Below are positions 1 through 8,740 of a DNA stretch of 13,166 nt, in pieces (position 1 is the first letter of the stretch; the number at the start of each line of letters is the position of its first letter). The stretch comes from Octopus sinensis. Its lineage: Eukaryota. The notes beneath the pieces are model-generated. The model saw only the letters and a list, made by a program, of their open reading frames with translations. It made no database searches and was not told where the DNA came from. Location: assembly GCF_006345805.1 (NCBI RefSeq), contig NW_021826363.1, forward strand, positions 1 to 13,166. Reading direction: 5' to 3'. The translations under genes were made by a program, and so were the position numbers.

Positions 1-205
1 ATGTTTATGGTGATATATATATATATATATGTGTATGTCTATGGAAGTATATGTAAGCCTATATGTGAGCCAGTCTGTACGTGTTTGCCTGTGCGCATGT
101 GTATGTCTGCATATGCGTGTGTCTTTATGCGTACCCGTGTGTCAGTATGCGGGTGTGTTTTCAATCGTGAGTGCGTATATGTGTTTGTGTGTGTGTGTGC
201 GTTTA
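1..205. repeat. Degenerate (TA)n/(TG)n compound microsatellite
   Basis: Alternating purine-pyrimidine TA, TG and TATG runs. These explain ORFs 1..210 and 29..238. Confidence 0.85.
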
Positions 206-310
206 CATGAAAGAAAATCTGTGATTAATTCATGGTGACATTATCATATCTGATAACACGGATTCTCCAATTATGTTGATTAGCAATATATATATATCAC
301 TTATATTCAC

Positions 311-434
311 CCTGGCCCTGCAGGGGAGTAGCATCGATATAGTCATCATCGTCGACGTCGTCGTCGTCGTCGTCATCATCATCATCATCTTCTTCATCAT
401 CTTCATCATCTTGAATATTATCAGATGTCACGCT
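311..434 (-). CDS. Possible acidic coding exon (unverified)
   Basis: Minus strand: ...tctCAG|agc, then an open frame SVTSDNIQDDEDDEEDDDDDDDDDDDVDDDDYIDATPLQGQ, then G|GTGAAT donor-like site. The polypyrimidine tract is weak, so this may just be a microsatellite. Confidence 0.25.
342..410. repeat. Compound trinucleotide repeat (ATC/GTC/TTC)n
   Basis: gtcatcatcgtcgacgtcgtcgtc...catcatcttcttcatcatc. It reads as poly-Asp/Glu on the minus strand. Confidence 0.9.
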
Positions 435-489
435 CTGAGATATATACATATATACACATGACACCTTCATATTCATATTCGTTTACATA

Positions 490-562
490 ATATACATAAC
501 ATATATATATATGTGTGTGTGCATGTGTGTGTGTGTGCATGTGTGTGTGTGTGTGTGTGTAT
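490..562. repeat. (TA)n(TG)n microsatellite
   Basis: Direct inspection. Confidence 0.95.
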
Positions 563-571
563 GAGTGTTGA

Positions 572-880
572 GGCGAAATGGCCGAGTGGTTAGGGCAGCC
601 GACTCGTGATCGGAGGATCGCGGTTTCGATTCCCAGATCGGGCGTTGTGTGTGTTTATTGAGCGAAAATACCTAAAAGCTCCACGTGGGCCTGGCAGGGG
701 GTGGTGGCGACTCCTGTTGTACTCTTTCGCCACAACTTTTTCTCACTCTCTCTTCCTGTTTCTCGACTAACGCTGCGATGGACTTGTGTCCCGTCCAGCT
801 GGGGGGGGGGGGGAGTGTCACATACGCCACAGAAAGCGGGAAACCGGACCCATGAGGCTGGCTAAGCTTGAAAAGGGCGA
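572..880 (+). mobile_element. tRNA-derived SINE (family A) with a Meta/V-like central domain
   Basis: Pol III A box TGGCCGAGTGG (579-589) and B box GTTTCGATTCC (623-633) in a tRNA-like head. The body contains CTGCGATGGACTTGTGTCCCGTCCAG-G13-...CAGAAAGCGG, resembling the conserved GCGATGGACT...TCCAG core of Meta/V-type SINEs (from memory of consensus). Confidence 0.85.
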
Positions 881-906
881 CGTTTATCGTTTTATATATA
901 TCACAC

Positions 907-1225
907 GCGTGGCTGTGTAATAAGAAGATACTTTCTATCCACTTAGTTCCAGGTTCAGTCCCACAACATGACATTTCGGACAAGTGTCATCTACTATAGC
1001 TTCGAGCCGACCAAGGATTTGGAGAGCGACAGACAGAAACTGAACGAAGTCTGTTGTATTTGAGTGCGTGCGTGCGTGTGTGTGCCTGTGTATGACTGTG
1101 CGTGTGTGTGTGCCTGTGTATGACTGTGCGTGTGTGTGCCTGTGTATGACTGTGCGTGTGTGTAGATGTATGTATGTTTGTCCTCCACCACCATTTGACA
1201 ACTGCTGTTGGTATGTTTACGTCAC
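907..1225 (+). mobile_element. Decayed, 3'-truncated tRNA-SINE (family B, same as 3876-4290)
   Basis: Aligns by eye to 3876-4140: gtggctgtgt..., ggttcagtccca, caagtgtc.tctactatagc, ccgaccaa, gaaactgaa.gaag, then a microsatellite, then gtttgtcc...ttgaca...gtttacgtc. Confidence 0.85.
1075..1163 (+). repeat. 3-copy 26-28 bp minisatellite (GTGCCTGTGTATGACTGTGC(GT)n)
   Basis: The CC anchor recurs at 1085, 1113 and 1139 (periods 28 and 26) inside the SINE's internal GT tract. Confidence 0.9.
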
Positions 1226-1301
<76 letters not shown>

Positions 1302-1460
1302 CACACACATACATATATATATATATATGAATAAACATACATACATAACACGTACATTCATACATACATGTATACATACATACATATACATGTACATACA
1401 TATTTATATACATATACGTACACATACATGTACATACACACGTACATACATACATACATC
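1226..1460. repeat. (TA)n followed by degenerate (TACA)n
   Basis: Direct inspection. Confidence 0.95.
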
Positions 1461-1644
1461 CATATGTAGGTTACTGAAACTGGATGCTTATCTTGCATAT
1501 CGTGTTTCACGCCATTGCTATCTTCAGTCGAGAACACACATTTGCCCACACCCACACGCACATACTCACACACACACATACATACACACACATATACCTA
1601 ATATACCTACATTCATCTCTCCACACGCACATAAACTTATGAAG

Positions 1645-1685
<41 letters not shown>

Positions 1686-1688
1686 TAT

Positions 1689-1970
1689 GGTTGACGGAAA
1701 CTGAAAGAAGTCCGTCGCACACACACAAACGCACACACACATACAGTGTGTGTGTATTTGTGTGCCATTGTATGTTGTTTCCCCTCCATCATTTGACAGC
1801 CGGTATTAGTGTGTTTACGTCCCTGATACTTAGTAGTTCGATAAATAAAACCGACAAAATACGTACCAGGCTTTATATATAAATAAGTACTAGGATCGAT
1901 TCATTCCACTCGAATTCTTCAGTATGGTGCCCCAGTAAGGCCACAATCCATTGACTAAAACAAACAAAAT
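1689..1970 (+). mobile_element. 5'-truncated tRNA-SINE (family B)
   Basis: Starts gg.tgacggaaactgaaagaagtccgtcg, as at 4010-4038. Continues with a CA/GT tract, then gtgtttacgtccc, cttag..gttcg, aataagtac, ggtgccccag, ggcc.ca.tc..tgact.aaacaa, all matching 4120-4270. Confidence 0.85.
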
Positions 1971-2132
1971 ATATAAGATAATATGCATATATATATATAA
2001 ATATATATACATTTATATATATATATAAGTATATATATGTATGTGTATATATATATATGTTATATATATATTATGTATATATACGTGTATATTATATATA
2101 TACATATACATATACATATACGTACACACACT

Positions 2133-2163
<31 letters not shown>

Positions 2164-2190
2164 ACATACATATATATATATATATGTATA
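1971..2190. repeat. (TA)n/(CA)n compound microsatellite
   Basis: Direct inspection. Confidence 0.95.
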
Positions 2191-2672
2191 TCCACGAGGT
2201 TATGTCAAATGTTATAGACACTCTTGTTTTCTATAATTTATTAAAAAGAAAAGCAGGGACTGAACAATAAACATCATTTTTCATCATAGTTTCCTTAGCG
2301 GGCCAAAAACTTGTTGAACTCTCCTTAAAGACGCCATATAACCCCTTATATCTTCTTTTTATTTTTTGGAATTTCTAGAAAATTTTTCCGAATTTGTGTT
2401 CTACACACAGGAATTCATACGACTATGGAAATGCCAAAAGAAAAAAATCTGGTGCATAATTTATGAGCTATTTAGCTGTTATTTTTAGCTCATCTCACGA
2501 CCACTACTTACCCTTTTCTTCCGTTTGTCAGTCCAATGTATTGATGTTTTTCAATATCTTTCCACCAACAAATAAATTTAATGGCCTATTGTTAGGATTT
2601 AAGCCCCAAATTCGGACTGTTTTTATTTTAAACTTATTAACACACAGCCGTGCTTGCGCCTAGGTTTAGCTG

Positions 2673-3216
2673 TTAGGTTGTCCGGAAAGCTCTGAGCGTT
2701 TTCAAGCTAAATCACTTAACGTACCATTGAACACACCCGAAACGTAACACAGTTAAAACGTAGAAATTGCTTGAAGCGGTAGTGCATCTCTTCTTTGTTC
2801 CTGACTAAAAATATATTTATCTTTCATTCCGGTTTCCCTTTATTGACATTTGAAATGGATAACCAAAAACTTCATATTCGCGTTGTAATGCTTTTTTTTT
2901 TAATAAAGGAAAAACATTCTGCAAAGACTTGCAAAAAACATTTGTAAAATTTACGGTGATGATGATGCTGTAGGTTAATCAACTGTTCGGAGGTGGTTTT
3001 GCAAAATTCTAAGTTGGCAAGTTTAACTTGGAAGATGACAGTCGCAGTGGAAGACCTTCAAAATTGGATGAAGGTGTTTCGAAGGGAAAAATCGAGAAAA
3101 CTCAAATATCCCGACTAGAGAACTTGCATTGGAGTTGGAAGTTTCAAAAAGTACGGTTCATGAAGTATGTCCCATTTTAGATATTAGAAAACGCTCAGAA
3201 TTTCCAGGCAACGTAA
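2673..3216 (+). mobile_element. Internally deleted mariner (Tc1/mariner) DNA transposon
   Basis: Left TIR TTAGGTTGTCCGGAAAGCTCTGAGCGTTTT (2673-2702). Right TIR AAAACGCTCAGAATTTCCAGGCAACGTAA (3188-3216), 25/30 identical to the reverse complement of the left. TA follows the right end and TG precedes the left. The transposase ATG lies 182 bp from the left end, as in Hsmar1-type elements. Confidence 0.93.
2855..3164 (+). pseudogene. Mariner transposase N-terminal DNA-binding (two HTH) remnant
   Basis: Across 3 frameshifts and 2 stops: MDNQKLHIRVVMLFFLIKEKHSAKTCKK / ICKIYGDDDAVG*STVRRW / FAKF*VGKFNLEDDSRSGRPSKLDEGVSKGKIEK / TRELALELEVSKSTVHE. WF.KF..G.F.LED..RSGRP and TRELA..L.VS..TV are mariner hallmarks. 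The catalytic DD34D region is absent. Confidence 0.92.
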
Positions 3217-3222
3217 TATTTA

Positions 3223-3310
3223 CAGCCGAACGGTATGGAGCAACGTAAGTTGCTCAAGAACTCAACACTTCGCCTGTGTCTGGGAACCGAGATCATGATC
3301 ATGCGATTGT
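3223..3310 (-). mobile_element. Decayed antisense SINE fragment (tRNA head plus CORE-like segment)
   Basis: acagccgaa...tggagcaacgt...ttgctcaagaactcaacac...ctgggaaccgagatcatgatc resembles the antisense of a tRNA-SINE head and core. Heavily diverged. Confidence 0.5.
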
Positions 3311-3517
3311 ACGGCATCCGGCTTCATTAGATGAAGATAGGAATACTCCACAATTGTAATCTTGGTTCGACTCAGTTTTGTGTGGAAGAGAAAATTGTGA
3401 TTTTGTGGCGTTAATGCTTCTCTATCTATTGATCACGCAAATGTAAGAGTTATGAAGTGAGCTTAAGGAGGAAAAGAAAGCCTAACAACTGTAACGGCGA
3501 TTCAGTTTGATCTGATC

Positions 3518-3565
3518 GTGAACATCTTGTGAACATCTTGTGAACATCTTGTGAACATCTTGTGA
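3518..3565 (+). repeat. Perfect 11-bp tandem repeat (GTGAACATCTT) x4.4
   Basis: Four identical units at 3518, 3529, 3540 and 3551, plus a partial GTGA. Confidence 0.97.
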
Positions 3566-3875
3566 GCAAGCAAAATGCATTTCGATTTTAGCTCTAGATC
3601 ATAAGATGCCAACGGCGACTATGCAACTAGAGTTACAGAAGCGAAACTTTTTTTTAAAGATAGATGTGAACGGTAAGGAGAGCACTTTGGTGATTTGAAG
3701 AAGATTTGGCTGCTATTTGTTCTTTGTCAAACAACAGTAGCGAAGATGTGTCATTGACTTGAGTACAATGTAAATATTGGTCTGTCAGGTAAAGTCGTTC
3801 GATTTCCTTCCATCTCAACCCTACATGGCTCTACTCCATCGTCACAGGTCTGAAAATTTCAAAAACGATGAACAA

Positions 3876-4290
3876 GGCGCAGCAGTGGCTGTGTGGTAAG
3901 TAGCTTGTTTACCAACCACATGGTTCCGGGTTCAGTCCCACTGCGTGGCACCTTGGGCAAGTGTCTTCTACTATAGCCTCAGGCCGACCAAAGCCTTGTG
4001 AGTGGATTTGGTAGACGGAAACTGAAAGAAGCCCGTCGTATATATGTATATATAATATATATATATGTGTGTGTGTGTGCGTGTATGTTTGTATGTCTGT
4101 GTTTGTTCCCCCAACATCGCTTGTTTGTTTATGTCCCTGTCACTTAGCGGTTCGGCAAAAGAGACCGATAGAATAAGTACTGGGCTTACAAAGAATAAGT
4201 CCCGGGGTCGAGTTGCTCGATTAAAGGCAGTGCTTTAGCATAACCGCAGTCAAATGACTGAAACAAGTAAAAGAGTAAAAGAGTAAGAGT
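3876..4290 (+). mobile_element. Full-length tRNA-derived SINE (family B) with internal microsatellite
   Basis: A box TGGCTGTGTGG (3886-3896) and B box GGTTCAGTCCC (3929-3939). Internal (TA)(TG) tract ~4038-4100 and a tandem (GTAAAAGA)-type tail ending at 4290. Four more partial copies lie in the window. The sequence matches abundant octopus SINEs as I recall them. Confidence 0.95.
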
Positions 4291-4649
4291 TGTTCAGAAA
4301 GAATAAATATAAAAAAGATTTTTAAAAAACGCCCATAAAACACTACAATAATAATATTTCTTGCTAATTCAAATAACACCGGAAAGAATTAAAATGAATG
4401 GAAGAGAAAATAAGAAACGAACAAATTTATCTGACAGCTCAATATTTGAAAAGTGGTGGGTCGAATGTAATGTTATCAGATGTCTAAACTCATTGTTGGT
4501 GTAAAATCATTATTTCAAAATCAACAGAAACTTCTATGATGTCGATAGATAATTAACGGTATCGATTGATACCACTAAGTAACACGACGCTTTTTGTCCT
4601 TGGTTAGCAACTGTTATGAAAAATTGCTAGTATTTTCTTTAAATTTTGC

Positions 4650-4802
4650 TGTTGTTACATTTACTCAAACTCCAAAGAATCATTCTGAACACCCCCGCTC
4701 ATGATCGAGAAGCAGATATTGTCAGCCACAAAGAGACATGCTCAACTGGTTATGGTCAAGCAACTGACAAGCAAATCTGCGGTATTGAGCAGAATATTTG
4801 CT
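4650..4802. mobile_element. Fragment of another abundant cephalopod interspersed repeat (probably SINE)
   Basis: catgctcaactggtt..ggtcaagcaactgacaagcaaatctg.ggtattgagcagaatatttgc is recognised from memory as a high-copy octopus repeat. Family not assigned. Confidence 0.55.
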
Positions 4803-4843
4803 TTAACGATATTTCTGCTTCAGCAACTCAGCGCCGAGTCTGT
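4803..4843 (-). CDS. Candidate terminal coding exon of a small spliced ORF
   Basis: Strong acceptor: branch-like ACTGAC (4870-4865) plus ctattttccattacatttCAG|. The phase-1 frame reads (N)RLGAELLKQKYR*. Confidence 0.35.
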
Positions 4844-5073
4844 CTGAAATGTAATGGAAAATAGGTCAGTTTTAAAACACTGATGACCCGGTCACAAAAG
4901 CAAAGTATGAAGGGAATAGTAGTCATTTCCTTTGATTTCTAAACAGAAGCAAATAGGAAACAATACATAATGACCAAAGATAAACAAAACAAATTAAAAA
5001 ATTTTAAATTTTGCTACACACCGAAGACAACACGTGTTGAAACATTCTTGGAAACCATTCACGTCTTGCTTAC

Positions 5074-5142
5074 TTTCTTGTTGATGAGGTCTAATAAGTT
5101 TGAAACATGATTTTAAATAAATGCTCTTAATAACAAGGTCCA
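5074..5142 (-). CDS. Candidate 69-nt phase 1-1 coding exon
   Basis: T-tract...cttctaaCAG| acceptor and AA|GTAAGC donor. The only open frame is (M)DLVIKSIYLKSCFKLIRPHQQE, in phase with the 4843 exon. Confidence 0.35.
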
Positions 5143-5316
5143 CTGTTAGAAGCTCGGATTTAAAAAAAAAAACATTTATTTCCTAAATATTTCAGTTGCC
5201 TGATGTCATCATACATATTTCTTTACTTGTAAGGTTCGCATTTTATAGAACTCCAGAAGGAGTGTTTATGTCTTAATTACACCCATTAACATAATTAATT
5301 GAAGCGTTAAACTCAC

Positions 5317-5486
5317 TGTCTTACACATGTGAGACCGAGCAGCATGGAAAACGTATCTGCTTTTGCAAAAAACACTTCCGAATGAGTTTCGAGATCCGGA
5401 GTATGGAATCTAGCACTTCTACTCAGGGAAAAAAAAACCCCCAGAAAAATCAAAGCAATTGGGAGCACGTGTCAGATCCGTGAACT
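5317..5486 (-). other. Candidate upstream (5'UTR) exon
   Basis: CA|GTGAGT donor at 5317/5316. The 5' boundary is uncertain: either an Inr-like TCAGTT at 5488-5483 or an acceptor ttttttttccctgagTAG| at 5418. Confidence 0.3.
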
Positions 5487-5800
5487 GAAATGAGGCGATG
5501 AATGTTCGACCAACCACCACCACCAACACCAACCCCACCATTTACGTTACCATTTACACACGCTTCCAGACGTTACAGACAACCCCCTCACGCCCACCCC
5601 CCCCCCGGCAAGCCTAGAGGCACCGGCAAACCTGCAGGACAGCAAGGCAGCCACCCAGTCAGTACTGACAGATAAAAGGAGTCAAAATGACGTATGTAGG
5701 CCAATGAGATCAACCCATGTCAAAATAGAGAATCTTACATTAAAAACTCAAAAATAGGGGCCAATCCTGCGAGAAACAGAAGAATCAGTCGCAGAAGAGA
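5460..5800. promoter_or_regulatory. Promoter-like GC/CpG-enriched island
   Basis: E-box CACGTG 5466-5471; C-tract/GC-box-like 5591-5606; palindrome GTCAGTACTGAC 5658-5669; CRE-like TGACGT 5688-5693; GGCCAAT boxes at 5701 and 5761; outward-facing Inr-like TCAGTY on both strands. Confidence 0.4.
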
Positions 5801-5973
5801 AAAAGACTTCGAGCATAAATAAAATAAACATAAGAAATAAAAACATTAAAAAAAAATAATAAAATAAAAACAGATGAGTATAAAATGCTATAAAAACGTA
5901 AAAAAAAAAACAATTTCGATACCTACCACCCTCTCTAAGTATGTGGCACCGTGCGTCTCATTTTTTTCTTTCT

Positions 5974-5995
5974 TTATTTATTATTATTATTATTA

Positions 5996-6050
<55 letters not shown>

Positions 6051-6066
6051 TATGTATTTATTTATT
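5974..6066. repeat. (TTA)n microsatellite
   Basis: Direct inspection. Explains the poly-I and poly-Y ORFs. Confidence 0.97.
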
Positions 6067-6254
6067 AAGTCATTTATTTACAGGTTTAAGTATTTTGCTG
6101 TGTGATGTTGGTCCCTATTGCAAACAAAATGATGTTTTTCGTAAATATTAAAGTACCTCAAGGGAGATAAACGGTATTAGACGAACAGAAAGTCGGGGTG
6201 AGTGAAGAAAATTACTTAATTGACTAAACAGCTTTATCCTGAATTTTATAAAGA

Positions 6255-6388
6255 GAGAATGTGTGTGTGTGTGCTTGTGTGTGTGTGTGTGTGTATGTGT
6301 GTTTGTGTGTGTGTGGCGTTTGTCAGTGTCTATGAGTATATATATGTGCCTGTGTATGCTTGTTCATATATATATATATATATATATA

Positions 6389-6435
<47 letters not shown>

Positions 6436-6700
6436 AGATATATATGTATATAAAATAGAGAGAAACACAGAGAAAATGATATGTATATGTATGTGTGCGA
6501 GTGTGAGTATGTATGTATATGGGCGGATATGTGTATACGTAGAGGCATACTTGCTTACATATAAATATGTATATCTATAACATATGTGTGTATATGTATG
6601 TATATAGAGATATAGAACATATATTATATATATATATAATATATATTATATATATATTTATGAATATATATATGTTTAGAAATATACATATAGATATGTA

Positions 6701-6765
<65 letters not shown>

Positions 6766-6830
6766 GCAAACACCTACACACATACACACCTACACTCAGA
6801 CACGCACATACATATATATATATCTTAACG
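6255..6830. repeat. Compound (TG)n/(TA)n/(CA)n microsatellite field
   Basis: Direct inspection. Confidence 0.95.
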
Positions 6831-7029
6831 AATCTATGCATATTCAAACATAACATGTTTATTTGTTTATTCAGTACTGCTCCTAACCAGAAAGACTTTC
6901 ACGCAGAGTCATAACACTGATCTTATCTGTAGTTTCGAATCCCACAAGGGAAAGGAAAGTGCAAAAACAGGTTTCCTTTGTTATTTCCTATACGGGCCGC
7001 TGGGGAAACATTAGACGCTTCACGATAAG

Positions 7030-7250
7030 CAACTTTTTCGTTTCCTTTCTTTCTTCCTCTTTTTCCTTTTCCTTCTTTTTTTCTGTCTTTCTCTCCTCTC
7101 CTCCCCTCCTGTCTCTCTAACAATTTATCTGCTTATCTATTTGTCACTCTTCATCAATCTATCTTTGTTTATATTCTATGTATCTATCTCTGTCAGTTTA
7201 TACTGGTCTCTGTGGCTTTTCTCTCTGTCTTTGGTTTTGTATAGTGTCGT
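7030..7250. repeat. CT-rich low-complexity tract
   Basis: Pyrimidine-rich strand: tttcttcctctttttcc...ctctctc. Confidence 0.8.
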
Positions 7251-7254
7251 AGGC

Positions 7255-7307
7255 ATGCATACATACATACATACATACATACATACATACATACATACAT
7301 GCATACA

Positions 7308-7338
<31 letters not shown>

Positions 7339-7545
7339 TACGTACATACATACACACATACATACATCATACATACTACATACTACAATTACGTACATAC
7401 ATACCCACATCATACATACATACACTACATACATACAAACTACCTACTACATACATACATACATTCATACATACATACATATACATACATACATACCATA
7501 CATACATACATACCTACATACATACATACATACATACACACATAT
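7255..7545. repeat. (TACA)n array
   Basis: Direct inspection. Confidence 0.97.
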
Positions 7546-7930
7546 CTTGAGAAATGAGGCTTCTCAAAACCAGAAAGAAGAAAGCTGATTCGAAGATTCA
7601 AGCCCTCACTGGAACTGTAAAAATCTGTAAAACTTTCCAGAAGTTTATCATTTAAATATAGATGAGCATTCTAGACATGCAACTAAATGCATGAGAATAT
7701 ACACGTTAACAAAACATGCAAATCTGCACATATACATACATACATATATATACATACATACATACATACATACATACATACATCATACATACATACATAC
7801 ATGCATACATACATAAATACATACATACCCTGTTGTTGTTGTTGAAATTCCAAGAAAGGAGCCTTGGATCCTAGGTTAAAAACCGGTTCCTTTTCTATTG
7901 GCAAGAAATCTTGAAATAAAACTGAATAAC
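7546..7930 (+). mobile_element. 5'-truncated non-LTR retrotransposon 3' end (probably RLE-type) inside (TACA)n
   Basis: Broken ORF C-terminus LEK*GFSKPERRKLIRR / IQALTGTVKICKTFQKFII* (stop 7653-7655), reminiscent of RLE-clade LINE C-termini. It is followed by a putative 3'UTR with internal (TACA)n (~7727-7827) and a terminal module with AATAAA (7915-7920) abutting (TACA)n. Confidence 0.55.
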
Positions 7931-7934
7931 TACC

Positions 7935-8180
7935 TATACATACATGTATACATAGATGCATGCATATATATATGTACATACATACATACATACATACATA
8001 CATACATACATACATACATGCATACATACATACATACATACACACATATATACATACATACATACATACATACACATACATACATACATACATACATACA
8101 TACATACATACATGCATACATACATACATATATATACATACATACATACATACATACATACATACATACATACATACATA
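7935..8180. repeat. (TACA)n array
   Basis: Direct inspection. Confidence 0.97.
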
Positions 8181-8284
8181 AAGGAGATGTAACGTAAGCA
8201 GCACTGGTTCTCAAGAACTGCTGGGGAACAAGCACCTCATAACACACACATGCGCACACACAGTCACTCGCGCGTGCACACGTA

Positions 8285-8444
8285 TTACATATATACTGAT
8301 ACATGCATACGTACATGCATACATGCATACGTACGTACATACACGCATACACACATATATACATACATACATACATACATACATACATACATACATACAT
8401 ACACACACACATACATACATACATACATACATACATACATACAA

Positions 8445-8475
<31 letters not shown>

Positions 8476-8575
8476 TACATACATACATACATACATACAT
8501 ACATACATACATACATACATACATACATACATACATACATACAAGCATACTTACTTATATTCATACACACAAATA
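8285..8575. repeat. (TACA)n/(CA)n array, probably the expanded internal microsatellite of the adjacent antisense SINE
   Basis: Directly abuts the SINE head at the position where other copies carry their microsatellite. Confidence 0.9.
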
Positions 8576-8579
8576 CATT

Positions 8580-8740
8580 TACAACAGATTTGTTTTTCAG
8601 TTTCCGTCTACCAAATCCCCTCACAAAGCTCCAATAATTCCGGGTCAATAGCAGAAAGCAGTTTGCTAAGGTGCTGCACTGTGGAACTGAGGAACTGAAC
8701 CTGGAACTTCGGAGTTTGAAGAGTCTTAACCATACAGTCA
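8580..8740 (-). mobile_element. Antisense tRNA-SINE head (family B), 3' half missing
   Basis: ttcagtttccgtctaccaaatcc.ctcacaa.gct...aaggtgc...gaactgaacc.ggaac...cttaaccatacagtca is the reverse complement of 3886-4030. Confidence 0.88.

Noticed and set aside
572-645. tRNA gene
   Set aside because: A and B boxes are present, but the sequence runs on into a SINE body with no clean acceptor stem or terminator. The same applies to 3876-3945.
2280-2670. Possible further DNA-transposon remnant upstream of the mariner
   Set aside because: Short imperfect inverted motifs only (e.g. gagcta...tagctc). No paired TIRs, TSD or coding similarity found.
3518-3565. CRISPR-like array (also 1075-1163)
   Set aside because: Head-to-tail repeats with no unique spacers, in eukaryotic context with no cas genes.
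3868-4296. TGAACA / TGTTCA inverted 6-mers flanking the full-length SINE
   Set aside because: Too short to be significant. SINEs make direct, not inverted, duplications, and I could not identify a TSD.
6925-6945. Isolated B-box-like GTTTCGAATCC (6932-6942)
   Set aside because: No recognisable A box or cloverleaf. At most a very decayed SINE head.
8198-8225. Small hairpins (cagca..gttct/agaac..tgctg; also gtcact-aa-agtgac at 11432-11445)
   Set aside because: Short stems with no supporting context such as a Helitron end, miRNA-length stem or ncRNA motifs.
8601-8698. Plus-strand exon after tgtttttCAG (SVYQIPSQSSNNSGSIAESSLLRCCTVELRN*)
   Set aside because: The acceptor and frame lie entirely within the antisense SINE head. 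Exonisation is conceivable, but nothing else supports a plus-strand transcript here.
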